Both the position numbers and the translations under genes were made by a program. This document shows positions 9,738 to 17,917 of a DNA stretch of 64,000 bases, piece after piece. Below the pieces are notes generated by a model. That model was given only the letters and a program-made list of their open reading frames with translations. It did no database searches and was not told the origin of the DNA. How positions within the stretch are numbered: position 1 is the first letter of the stretch; every line of letters begins with the position of its first letter. The stretch spans positions 186,001 to 250,000 of IMG/VR virus record IMGVR_UViG_3300050120_000230; one strand, given 5' to 3'.

Positions 9738-9992
9738 ATGGCCGTTTTCGCAGAGAAGATCGCGCGTCCCATCGGCCCGGCCGACATGGAATTCTACTAT
9801 GGCGGCATTGTTTTACGGATGGCGCTGTTGCTTTCCGGCTACGACGACGCTGGATGGGTCGCTGCGAGCGTCAGGACGCGCATACGCTGGCTTAATCGTG
9901 CAGCACGGGCAACGTGCAGCCTTTTCAATGATTCGGCTGTAGCGGCTCGCCTGCCCCTTCTGGCGCGTAACCTTCAAGAGCGTTCGAAGTGA
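9738..9992 (+). CDS. hypothetical protein
   Basis: AGGAGG RBS; TTGACC promoter-like element at 9684. Confidence 0.65.
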   Translation: MAVFAEKIARPIGPADMEFYYGGIVLRMALLLSGYDDAGWVAASVRTRIRWLNRAARATCSLFNDSAVAARLPLLARNLQERSK

Positions 9993-10528
9993 TCGACTAC
10001 GAAGACGGCATGGACGACGATGATGTGCGGCAGGCCGAAGACGAACGCCTCCGAGTCATGCGCGCAAGGCAAGCCGAGGTGGATTTCTGCGAGACCCTCT
10101 GTGGGATCGCCCCGTCAGAAGTCATGGGCCTGTTGGCCAAGATGATGCGGCAGGAGTTCTATCTCTTCCGCACGTCCACCGGCGGCAAGCGGGTTCGCAA
10201 ATGGAAAGGCGAGCTTCTCGGCATCAACGTCGAAGTGACCGAGGTGGATACCGGCAGTATGCCCCTCATGGGCTTTGATAACCGCATGTCGTCCGTGGAC
10301 TACCACGTCGAAAACGTCGAGTGGGAGTTTCGAGTTTGCGTGGGCGGCTCCGACAGCTATGTTCGTGACGACGTTCCGCAAGGCAACGCGAAACTGGGTA
10401 AGCATCGCGTCAAGGTATCCTATCCGTGGTTCGAGGGCGATGAAGACACCTATCGCAGCGACATGTCGTTGATCCGACTCATGGGTCTGAACAACGATGA
10501 CGAGGATTCGAAGGAAGTCATGATTTGA
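9989..10528 (+). CDS. hypothetical protein
   Basis: 179 aa; GTGA overlap. Confidence 0.65.
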   Translation: MIDYEDGMDDDDVRQAEDERLRVMRARQAEVDFCETLCGIAPSEVMGLLAKMMRQEFYLFRTSTGGKRVRKWKGELLGINVEVTEVDTGSMPLMGFDNRMSSVDYHVENVEWEFRVCVGGSDSYVRDDVPQGNAKLGKHRVKVSYPWFEGDEDTYRSDMSLIRLMGLNNDDEDSKEVMI

Positions 10529-10773
10529 AGCCGACTAAGCCGCTTCCGACACACGCAGTTCGCCTGAATCCAATCGACCACGGTTATGCTCTCCGATCCG
10601 TTGCCGCAAGCTGGCGAGGCGTTCGGTATGACATTCGACCGGAAATCAGAACTTGGATGAGGGCCAATTTCAAGCACTTCCGCTACGACCGCGTTCATCG
10701 ACGGTATGGCGAAGTCATCATCCGTTTCGATGACCCCAGAGACGCGGTGCTGTTCAAGCTCTTCATGTCCTAA
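10525..10773 (+). CDS. hypothetical protein, FKL-motif family
   Basis: ends IRFDDPRDAVLFKLFMS. Confidence 0.7.
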   Translation: MKPTKPLPTHAVRLNPIDHGYALRSVAASWRGVRYDIRPEIRTWMRANFKHFRYDRVHRRYGEVIIRFDDPRDAVLFKLFMS

Positions 10774-10780
10774 ATATGGG

Positions 10781-11185
10781 ATGCGCGCGCGAGAAATCTT
10801 CGAGGCCCCGGAACAACTGCGTCTCTCGATAGAGCGCACCAGCGACACTGCATGGCTCATCACGGCGACCATGGGAGATGAACTGGCGGGAACACTGAGC
10901 ATTGCCCCATCCCGCTCTGGCTACGGCCTGCCGGGCAGCTATTCTGTCATGAACGTCGGCGTGAACCCGCAATATCAGCGCAAGGGCATCGCCACGGCCA
11001 TGTATGATTTCGCCTACAAGAAGGGTTTCGCGCCCTTGACGCCTGATCCGAAGCAATCGCCGGACGGGCAGGCATTCTGGGCGAGGGCATACGAGAAAAA
11101 GCTGAGACTCGGTAAACCGCGTCCGACCCATGAGTGGGGCAAACTTCGTGGTTTCCGCAAGCCTCGCAATGGGCCGCCGGAATGA
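10781..11185 (+). CDS. GNAT-family acetyltransferase with capsid-targeting-like N-terminus
   Basis: VGVNPQYQRKGIATAMY (GNAT motif A, QRKGIA); starts MRAREIFE; TAAATA 4 nt upstream. Confidence 0.8.
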   Translation: MRAREIFEAPEQLRLSIERTSDTAWLITATMGDELAGTLSIAPSRSGYGLPGSYSVMNVGVNPQYQRKGIATAMYDFAYKKGFAPLTPDPKQSPDGQAFWARAYEKKLRLGKPRPTHEWGKLRGFRKPRNGPPE

Positions 11186-12228
11186 AGCTCTTCGAAGTCC
11201 ACAAGCAGGGCCAGACGTTCTACGAGACGGATCACCGGTATCTCTACCACCTGACCGATCATCACGGGTTCGCTTACACCGTGGATCAAAACGCGTTGCG
11301 CGCAATGCGACAGGGCTACGTCAGCACGACGTATGATGCCAACAAGAACGGCGTTTTCGGTTACTCGCATTACGACTTCAAGTTCGTGCTCGACGGCAAG
11401 GCGCTCGTGTCAGAATACGGCGGTTTCAACTACGACCACCACATCATGGTCGGCGACGCAAAGAACATCGAGTCGTTGGATGAACGCGAGATCGGTATCG
11501 AGACGGGCGAGATTGAACCGTTCAGCCAATACCTTCTCGGCACCCAACTTCTGTTCCCGATTTTCAGTCAGAAATCTATCCAATGGCTGCTCTACGACAA
11601 CAAGGAAATGTCGGGATGGGGCACGAAGCGGACGCAGGCTCCGCGCACCATCGAGACGCTCTACAAGGTCATGGTCGAGTGGAAGAAACCGATCTGGGTC
11701 TACGACACCAAACCGCGCAAAATGAACGCCCACGAGATGCAATTCATCGAAGATGTCCTGAAGCTCCACAACGCCGGTGCGAACTTCGACGAGGGGATGC
11801 GAGAGCTTTCCGCGAAATACCCGATCAAGGATCACTGGGACAAAGATTTGGATCGCCGGATGGTGGAACGCCGCCAGCAATCCGAGGTGATCTACAAGGC
11901 CCTGAACAAATATTATCAGGGGCGCCCATACCAGAAGGTGGACACGAGCGTCGTTCGCAATCTCATCACCAAAGCGATCAATGTGCTCGGGCTCGGGAAC
12001 AACATCGAATCTGTTGTGCTTGGAGCAATTGAAGAGCAGGGCTTGTTCCACCAGATGATGGCCCCTGTGGATTGGGGAATTATCCTCAAGCCGCTCATGG
12101 ATGGCGATGTCGAGGACGCTCTAGAGCATATCCAGTGGACCGGCCGTGAGAAGGCCAGCCACAAGCGTCGATATGATGCCGACCCGGAACAATTTGCCTA
12201 TTCGAACCACGTTGGAACGCGTTTCTAA
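11182..12228 (+). CDS. ADP-ribosyltransferase-like protein (putative)
   Basis: YLYHLT, YVSTTYD and DEREI resemble the H-S-ExE ART triad; starts MKLFE. Confidence 0.5.
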   Translation: MKLFEVHKQGQTFYETDHRYLYHLTDHHGFAYTVDQNALRAMRQGYVSTTYDANKNGVFGYSHYDFKFVLDGKALVSEYGGFNYDHHIMVGDAKNIESLDEREIGIETGEIEPFSQYLLGTQLLFPIFSQKSIQWLLYDNKEMSGWGTKRTQAPRTIETLYKVMVEWKKPIWVYDTKPRKMNAHEMQFIEDVLKLHNAGANFDEGMRELSAKYPIKDHWDKDLDRRMVERRQQSEVIYKALNKYYQGRPYQKVDTSVVRNLITKAINVLGLGNNIESVVLGAIEEQGLFHQMMAPVDWGIILKPLMDGDVEDALEHIQWTGREKASHKRRYDADPEQFAYSNHVGTRF

Positions 12229-12246
12229 TTTTTGGTTAACGAGATT

Positions 12247-12275
12247 TTGACTTCAGTGCGATACCTGCCTATTGT
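12247..12275 (+). promoter_or_regulatory. sigma70-type promoter of the OMP gene
   Basis: TTGACT-N17-TATTGT. Confidence 0.6.
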
Positions 12276-12327
12276 GCGGAGATCGGGCGGTGACGCCTGA
12301 ATTTCACTGAAGGAAGACAAAAAAACT

Positions 12328-12867
12328 ATGAAGCAATTTATTGCGACTTTGGCCGCTGTGGCGGCTTTCGCGGTTGCCGGTTCGGCTGCTGCGGCTTCTC
12401 CGGTTGCGGGCTATTACGTCCAAGGCTCCGGTGGTCAGAACTACCAATCCGACCGTGACAGCGGCACTGCCCTGTCCGCGTCGTTCGGCAAGGACTTCGG
12501 CAAGGTCCGGGTTGAAGGCGAATACCTCGCGACTCGCGGCACCAACTCCGCGACGCTCGGCGACACTGCCGCCAACCTCGTGAACGCCAACGTGTTCTAT
12601 CAGCCGATCACGTTCGCGAACATCACCCCGTTCATCGGAGCGGGCGTCGGTTACGGCGAACTGTTCCGCAGCGGCGTGGTGGGTGACCAAAATGGCGTCG
12701 TGTTCAACGGCACCGTGGGCGTCTCCTATCCGATCAGCGGCAAGCTGAGCGCGGTTCTGCAATATCGTGAGTTCCTCGCGAACTCGATCCAGTTCCGCAA
12801 GGCTCCGGGCAACACCGACAACTACAAGGCGTCGGTTGCCACCATGGGTCTGCGCTACACCTTCTAA
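12328..12867 (+). CDS. 8-stranded outer-membrane beta-barrel protein (Omp25/RopB/opacity-like)
   Basis: signal peptide ending AAA; amphipathic strands RVEGEY, PFIGAGVGY; C-terminal GLRYTF BAM signal. Confidence 0.85.
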   Translation: MKQFIATLAAVAAFAVAGSAAAASPVAGYYVQGSGGQNYQSDRDSGTALSASFGKDFGKVRVEGEYLATRGTNSATLGDTAANLVNANVFYQPITFANITPFIGAGVGYGELFRSGVVGDQNGVVFNGTVGVSYPISGKLSAVLQYREFLANSIQFRKAPGNTDNYKASVATMGLRYTF

Positions 12868-12894
12868 GGTTAACGCCCCATTGAAGTAGTTATG

Positions 12895-12929
12895 AGGGGC
12901 GGGGGCAAGTTCTCCCGCCCCTTTTTCTT
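12895..12929 (+). terminator. intrinsic terminator
   Basis: AGGGGCGGG.../...CCCGCCCCT stem followed by TTTTCTT. Confidence 0.8.
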
Positions 12930-12937
12930 GACACGAC

Positions 12938-14155
12938 ATGGAACTCTTCTATGGTGTGTCGTATACAGTCTCGGAGGCTCACTTGCCAGAACCGCTCTTG
13001 TTCGGGATCATTTTGATCCCCGTCGCGATTTCGTTGTTCTGCAAGTATGCCTTGCGGTTCGAGATTTCGTGGCTCGAATTCGCCGCGCAACTGGTGATTG
13101 GTTTCTGCGTCTTCAGCCTGATTTGGGCTGTCGGTCGCTACTCGGCCGCCGGAGACACCGAAATCCTCAATGGCACGGTGCAGTCGAAGAACGCATGGCG
13201 TTTCTCCTGTCCGACCAACACCAGCAATCCGTGCCGCAACGGCTATTCCTGCCACTCGCACCAAGTCTGCTCGACCGTTGGTAGTGGCAAGGACGCCCAT
13301 GAGTCGTGCCATGAAGAGCACGATACCTGCTACGAATACGACTGGGAGCAGAACTGGTATGTGAAGTCGAACGTGCCGACCGCTTCCGAGATCGAGATCA
13401 AGCGCGTGGACGCGCAGGGCGCCTATATGCCGCCGCGCTACGACAAGGTTCAGGTCGGCGACCCGGTCTCCGGCACACATGCCTACAAGAACTGGGTGAA
13501 GGCTTCGGTCAACTCGCTCTTCAAGGAAGATGCGGGCAAGGACGAGACCTACAAGGCGCTGATGAAGCCCTATCCCATCGGCATCGTCGATTACTACAAC
13601 ATCGACCGGATCGTGACGCCCAATTTCCCGCTCGCCAACAAGCAAGCTTGGAACTGGGAACTGTCCAAGATGCTGGGCAAGCTCGGCCCGAGCCGTCAGA
13701 TGAACATGGTGGTGGTCATCGCCAACAACGTTCCGCGCGACTACGCCTATGGCGTTCGTCGTAGCTGGCAGGGGTTCAAAAAGAACGACGCGATCATCGT
13801 GATCGGCCTGCAAAATGGCAAGGTGTCGTGGGGCGAAACGATGTCGTGGTCGAAAAACTCGATCTTCAACATCGAAATGCGTAATATGGTGACCGATCTG
13901 CAAGGGACGGACATCAATGCGGTGAACCCCGCGACGTTCTTCGCCAACGTTCAGACGATCTCCACCAAGGACTTCGTCCGCCGCCCGATGAAAGAATTCG
14001 AGTACCTCAAGGGGGACATCCCGCCGCCGGTTTGGTTGATCGTCCTCTCCGTCATTCTCGCCATCCTGTTTGGCGTGGGAACCAGCGTGCTTTTCAACAA
14101 CGTCGATCTTGACGCCGCGATCTTCTCCGGCCGTCGCAACCAGAATTGGAGCTAA
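12938..14155 (+). CDS. membrane protein with TPM-like domain
   Basis: two N-terminal and one C-terminal TM helix; Cys-rich loop; SWQGFKKNDAIIVIG resembles the TPM W-x-G-K...N-G-hydrophobic motif. Confidence 0.6.
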   Translation: MELFYGVSYTVSEAHLPEPLLFGIILIPVAISLFCKYALRFEISWLEFAAQLVIGFCVFSLIWAVGRYSAAGDTEILNGTVQSKNAWRFSCPTNTSNPCRNGYSCHSHQVCSTVGSGKDAHESCHEEHDTCYEYDWEQNWYVKSNVPTASEIEIKRVDAQGAYMPPRYDKVQVGDPVSGTHAYKNWVKASVNSLFKEDAGKDETYKALMKPYPIGIVDYYNIDRIVTPNFPLANKQAWNWELSKMLGKLGPSRQMNMVVVIANNVPRDYAYGVRRSWQGFKKNDAIIVIGLQNGKVSWGETMSWSKNSIFNIEMRNMVTDLQGTDINAVNPATFFANVQTISTKDFVRRPMKEFEYLKGDIPPPVWLIVLSVILAILFGVGTSVLFNNVDLDAAIFSGRRNQNWS

Positions 14156-14157
14156 CT

Positions 14158-14784
14158 TTGTCCGACACCACCGCAACTCGTTCGGGGCCGAACGGCCTCA
14201 TCATCGGCCTCTGCGTCGCCGCAGCCGTCGTGGCCGTGCTCTTCGTCATGCTGTTCAGCAGCTACACCGGCGCCGTCGCCTATGGTGCTCAGTCCGAGCA
14301 GCAGATCAACGCGACGTGGGAGAACAACAAGCAAATCCTCGGGACCTACACGACCAAGATCGGCGAAATGGCCCAAGTCCCCGGCATGGCTCGCGGCGAC
14401 CTTCAGAAGGTCATCCAGACCAGCATGTCGGCGCGCTACGGCGAGGATGGGTCCAAGGCCACCGTGCAGTGGATTCACGAGAACTATCCGGGCTCCGTTG
14501 ACCCCGCGCTTTATCGCAACATCCAGACCGCTATCGACGCGGGCCGTACCGACTTCTCGGAGAACCAGAAGCGCCTTCTGGACCAGAAGCGTGAATACCA
14601 GACCCACCTCGCCTACGTGGTGCAGGGGTTCTGGCTGCACGCCGCTGGCTATCCGAAGATGGACCTGAACAAGTTCAACGTGGTCACCTCGACTTCGGCC
14701 GAACACTCGTTCACCACCGGCGTCGATGACGGCGTGAAGCTGCCGAGTTCCGACCCGGCGCCTGCGGCTCCGGCCAGCAAGTAA
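14158..14784 (+). CDS. LemA-like membrane-anchored helical protein
   Basis: TTG start 6 nt after GGAG; single N-terminal TM then helical EQQINATWENNKQIL segment; adjacent to the TPM-like gene. Confidence 0.55.
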   Translation: MSDTTATRSGPNGLIIGLCVAAAVVAVLFVMLFSSYTGAVAYGAQSEQQINATWENNKQILGTYTTKIGEMAQVPGMARGDLQKVIQTSMSARYGEDGSKATVQWIHENYPGSVDPALYRNIQTAIDAGRTDFSENQKRLLDQKREYQTHLAYVVQGFWLHAAGYPKMDLNKFNVVTSTSAEHSFTTGVDDGVKLPSSDPAPAAPASK

Positions 14785-14811
14785 GCGTTCACCCATCGGC
14801 AATACTGGGAG

Positions 14812-14836
14812 AGGCGGGGCATGTCCCCGCCTTTTC
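14812..14836 (+). terminator. intrinsic terminator
   Basis: AGGCGGGG-N5-CCCCGCCT followed by TTTCT. Confidence 0.8.
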
Positions 14837-14843
14837 TATTTGG

Positions 14844-14871
14844 TTGACGAGAATCACTTCTGGGGTAAACT
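14844..14871 (+). promoter_or_regulatory. early/host-type promoter
   Basis: TTGACG-N16-TAAACT. Confidence 0.65.
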
Positions 14872-14904
14872 GTAGGCATAAGGGAACAACCCGGAGGCAC
14901 AACT

Positions 14905-15342
14905 ATGACCGAGCGCATGACTTTCACCACCGTCAATGGCTACAAGGCTTCCGCTGCGGATCAGGTCGATACCATCCGCAAGCTTCTCGAAGGCTTCGGC
15001 TCCATCGCCTACATGTCCGGCACGCGCGGCATCGAAATGAAGCTCGGCGCCGAAATCAACATGCGTCTGGCCATCCTTCACAATCTGTTCGCCCGCATGA
15101 CGGTCGCTGACCAGATCGACGAAGAAGAACTCGAAGGGAAGGGCGCGCGCATCGACCGCCTCGACAAGCAAGGCCGCGAAGTTCTCCGCGAAGAACTGGC
15201 CTTCATCGCCGGGACCGTCAACGACCCCTATCTCTACGCCTCGGAACCGGTCAACTACCAGCAGGCCGCCGTCATCAACCTCCACAAGGCCCGCGACATC
15301 CTCGCCTATCGTGTGGAACGCAACACGCGCGACCCGGCCTGA
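14905..15342 (+). CDS. hypothetical protein
   Basis: GGAGG RBS; 145 aa; strong codon bias. Confidence 0.75.
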   Translation: MTERMTFTTVNGYKASAADQVDTIRKLLEGFGSIAYMSGTRGIEMKLGAEINMRLAILHNLFARMTVADQIDEEELEGKGARIDRLDKQGREVLREELAFIAGTVNDPYLYASEPVNYQQAAVINLHKARDILAYRVERNTRDPA

Positions 15343-15524
15343 TGCGTCGCGAAGTCGTAACCGTGGGGGCGCTTTTGCGTCGTGGCTTCCGGCGAATGCT
15401 GGACCAAGAGGGTGTTTCCTATTCGGAAGACAGGGGGTTCCTCGACAGCCAGTTCATCGTCAAGGGTGAACCCGAGGCGATGGCCCGCGTCGAAAAGCGC
15501 ATCAAGGACACGCTCGGGAAATGA
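15342..15524 (+). CDS. small hypothetical protein
   Basis: TGATG coupling; 60 aa. Confidence 0.65.
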   Translation: MRREVVTVGALLRRGFRRMLDQEGVSYSEDRGFLDSQFIVKGEPEAMARVEKRIKDTLGK

Positions 15525-16090
15525 AGGCCATTTCCAAAGCCATCAAACGCGTTGAGGTAAAGGCCACCATCGAACGCAAGTATGAGGTGGTTCTCACGAA
15601 CAGCGAGAACCAGACCATTTGCGCGCTGCTGACCAATTCGCTCCGCGAGGCCCTCACCGAGGCAGCGGAGTGGGCCGACTTCTGTGGCATCGTTCTAACG
15701 CCGTATCGCGTCATGGGTAAGATCGTAGAGCCGGTCACCAAGGACACCTACAAGCAAACCACGCTCAAGACGTTCGCGCAGCTTCATGCGGAATATCGGA
15801 CGAGCGGTGGCGAACTGAATTGGAACAAGCTGATGCATTGGGAGTGGCAACGCTTCCGGGGCACCTACAAGGACAAGGAAGCCATGAAGTTGTGGCTCCT
15901 GCCGCATTTCATGGAGAGCAAGCCGCCGACGTTTGATGAGGCGGTGGCCCGTGCAGGGACCAAAGACTCCCCGGCCGTCGAATGGCTGAGCGCCAACGCC
16001 ACGGGCTCGTGGATGCCTTCCAAGGGCGGCTATCGGTTCTCCGATGATCGAGATGCCGCTCTGTTCAAACTGTTTTTCGCTGGAAACTAG
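15521..16090 (+). CDS. hypothetical protein, FKL-motif family
   Basis: ends YRFSDDRDAALFKLFFAGN. Confidence 0.7.
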   Translation: MKAISKAIKRVEVKATIERKYEVVLTNSENQTICALLTNSLREALTEAAEWADFCGIVLTPYRVMGKIVEPVTKDTYKQTTLKTFAQLHAEYRTSGGELNWNKLMHWEWQRFRGTYKDKEAMKLWLLPHFMESKPPTFDEAVARAGTKDSPAVEWLSANATGSWMPSKGGYRFSDDRDAALFKLFFAGN

Positions 16091-16099
16091 GAGGATCGC

Positions 16100-16489
16100 A
16101 TGTTCGAGATTCACGGCGAGGCCGATTCGAAAGTTCTCTACGATCTGTGCACCGAGCTTGGCGCGGATTACCGCAAGACCGCCGTCGTGCCGCTGGCGAG
16201 CGACATTGACACACGCATCGCCGCCGCACTGGCCGTGCCTGTGGCGCCCTACGCCAACTCCTTGGAAGCGGCTTTCGCGTTGAGGGACATCGTTTTCCCG
16301 AACGTCGAATATCTGAACGTGGATTTTCGCGAATATTTCTATGCGGATCACGGCATGTCCTATCATTGTGACGTGCGACATGAATACGGAGAAGGCTGCG
16401 GCCGGGGCTCCACCCGCGCCCGCGCGCTGGTGTGCGCTATCCTGATGCACGTCATCTATGCGTTGGATGAGCAACGGACTTCACGCTGA
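16100..16489 (+). CDS. hypothetical protein
   Basis: AGGAGG RBS; 129 aa. Confidence 0.7.
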   Translation: MFEIHGEADSKVLYDLCTELGADYRKTAVVPLASDIDTRIAAALAVPVAPYANSLEAAFALRDIVFPNVEYLNVDFREYFYADHGMSYHCDVRHEYGEGCGRGSTRARALVCAILMHVIYALDEQRTSR

Positions 16490-16911
16490 TGTTCTACGAG
16501 AAGGCCCTGCGTGGCCTCTCCATCGATGAGATGCAAAAGCTCATCAACATCATCGTAGCCGAAGGTCAGCGAAGCCAACCCCTCCTGACCGACTACGGGA
16601 AGATTACCAACGACGTTGTGTGGCTGCATAGCATCATGGGTATCGCGTTGCAGTTCACCTACCACAAGGGCAACGTGAACGTGCCGTCGTTCCGTCTAGA
16701 GGGTTCAGAGTGGGCGATCACTTTCAAAGGGTCGCGAAGCTCATCGCTGATGCCGCGCTTTCACGATTACATCGAAATCAGGATCGGGCCTCTGGAACGT
16801 ACCATGCGTCCGCCGCCCACCGCGACTAAGTTTTTCGCGCACCAATTTCGGCGGCGTGGTAAACTGTCGGACTTCAAGCACGACCTGACTTTGCTGAGGC
16901 TGACCCTGTGA
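16489..16911 (+). CDS. hypothetical protein
   Basis: TGATG coupling; ends SDFKHDLTLLRL, similar to the end of 9989..10528. Confidence 0.65.
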   Translation: MFYEKALRGLSIDEMQKLINIIVAEGQRSQPLLTDYGKITNDVVWLHSIMGIALQFTYHKGNVNVPSFRLEGSEWAITFKGSRSSSLMPRFHDYIEIRIGPLERTMRPPPTATKFFAHQFRRRGKLSDFKHDLTLLRLTL

Positions 16912-17207
16912 CCAGATATCGATTGAACATCGAAAGCGTAGCTCGTGTCGGCGGCTTCGTTGCGATGCTGTCTGTGTTTTTTATTTTGATGGGAACAACA
17001 CCGGAAGATAGTGTGCCGCCGTGGTGGGCCATCGCTCCCATGATCGTGTTGTTTTTGATGAGCGTCATCTATCTCTCTGGCGGCAACGCAGGCATGAAGT
17101 ATTTCGGAGACTGCCTCGCCAAGTTCTTCCTCATCAAGATCGAACCCGCCGATGAGATTTCCGAGATCGACGAGGATCGCTGCAAGGGCCGAGAGGTTCC
17201 AGATTGA
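16908..17207 (+). CDS. small membrane protein
   Basis: two hydrophobic helices. Confidence 0.6.
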   Translation: MTRYRLNIESVARVGGFVAMLSVFFILMGTTPEDSVPPWWAIAPMIVLFLMSVIYLSGGNAGMKYFGDCLAKFFLIKIEPADEISEIDEDRCKGREVPD

Positions 17208-17512
17208 AGCTCTTCCTCGACGATGAACGGTTTCCTCCGAACGATGGTGCGTTCTGGATCATCGTCAGAGACGTGGGCGAAGCCGTGACGTTGATGGAGC
17301 AGACCGGCTGTCCGGGTTTCCTGTCGTTCGATCATGATCTCGGGAAGAACGTCCCCACGGGTTATGATCTGGCTCACTGGATGGTTGAGCGAGACATGGA
17401 CCAAGATGGCAAGTTCATCCCCGCCAATTTTGAATACTACGTTCACAGTCAAAACCCACCGGGGGCCGCGAACATCAAGGCTTTGCTCGACAATTACTTG
17501 AAACAGCGGTAA
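17204..17512 (+). CDS. cyclic-phosphate-processing receiver-domain protein (cREC-like)
   Basis: KLFLDDER, LSFDHDLG, TGYD and VHSQNPPG motifs. Confidence 0.75.
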   Translation: MKLFLDDERFPPNDGAFWIIVRDVGEAVTLMEQTGCPGFLSFDHDLGKNVPTGYDLAHWMVERDMDQDGKFIPANFEYYVHSQNPPGAANIKALLDNYLKQR

Positions 17513-17538
17513 ATAGGGTCTCCACCAACGGAGAACCC
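17510..17538 (+). promoter_or_regulatory. TAAATA late promoter overlapping an RBS-sequestering hairpin
   Basis: TAAATA at 17510-17515; GGGTCTCC (17516-23) pairs with GGAGAACCC (17530-38). Confidence 0.6.
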
Positions 17539-17540
17539 CG

Positions 17541-17753
17541 ATGAAACAGAAGCAGCCGCGCAAGGCGCGGAACATGGTGGCGAAGGCAATGCACGAGTGC
17601 AAGCTGTTCGCCCCGAAAGCCATCCCCTCCAAAAAGGGCAAGGGCACCATCTACAACCGTAAGAGCCGGAACGCCAAAGAGCCTTCCGGCTCTTATTATT
17701 TTGGACTACTGGTTCGCTCCGACATATACTTTGGGCATGGCGTTTGCATTTAG
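17541..17753 (+). CDS. arfA: ArfA-like alternative ribosome-rescue factor
   Basis: RNMVAKAMH...LF...KKGKGTIYNRK aligns by eye with E. coli ArfA NAIEALLHDPLF...KKGKGSYMRK; 70 aa with hydrophobic tail. Confidence 0.7.
   Translation: MKQKQPRKARNMVAKAMHECKLFAPKAIPSKKGKGTIYNRKSRNAKEPSGSYYFGLLVRSDIYFGHGVCI
17660..17702 (+). terminator. intragenic intrinsic terminator within the arfA-like ORF
   Basis: AAGAGCC-TTCC-GGCTCTT plus ATTATTTT; alternative stem 17660-70/17685-95. Confidence 0.7.
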
Positions 17754-17916
17754 AAACTTCGTGATTGCTATCGGTTGCTTGGGCGTTGTGCTCGGCTTCG
17801 GCGGCATGATCGTGGATTGTTTCTTCAATGCCGTCTGGCCGGTCACCGCAGTGGGGTTCTTGCTTTGGTGGATCGCTGGCGAAACGCTCTGCAAAATAGA
17901 CGGAGACGAGGATTAA
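17737..17916 (+). CDS. small membrane protein, probably leaderless
   Basis: two TM helices; TTGGAC-N18-TATACT ends 6 nt before the ATG. Confidence 0.6.
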   Translation: MAFAFRNFVIAIGCLGVVLGFGGMIVDCFFNAVWPVTAVGFLLWWIAGETLCKIDGDED

Positions 17917-17917
17917 C

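Noticed and set aside
17461-17527. GGGGGCC...GGTCTCC-ACCA forms a 7-bp acceptor-like stem with G3:U70, as in tRNA-Ala or tmRNA, next to the arfA-like gene
   Set aside because: Only 67 nt, no T-loop or D-arm, and it lies mostly inside the cREC coding sequence; probably coincidence with the RBS hairpin
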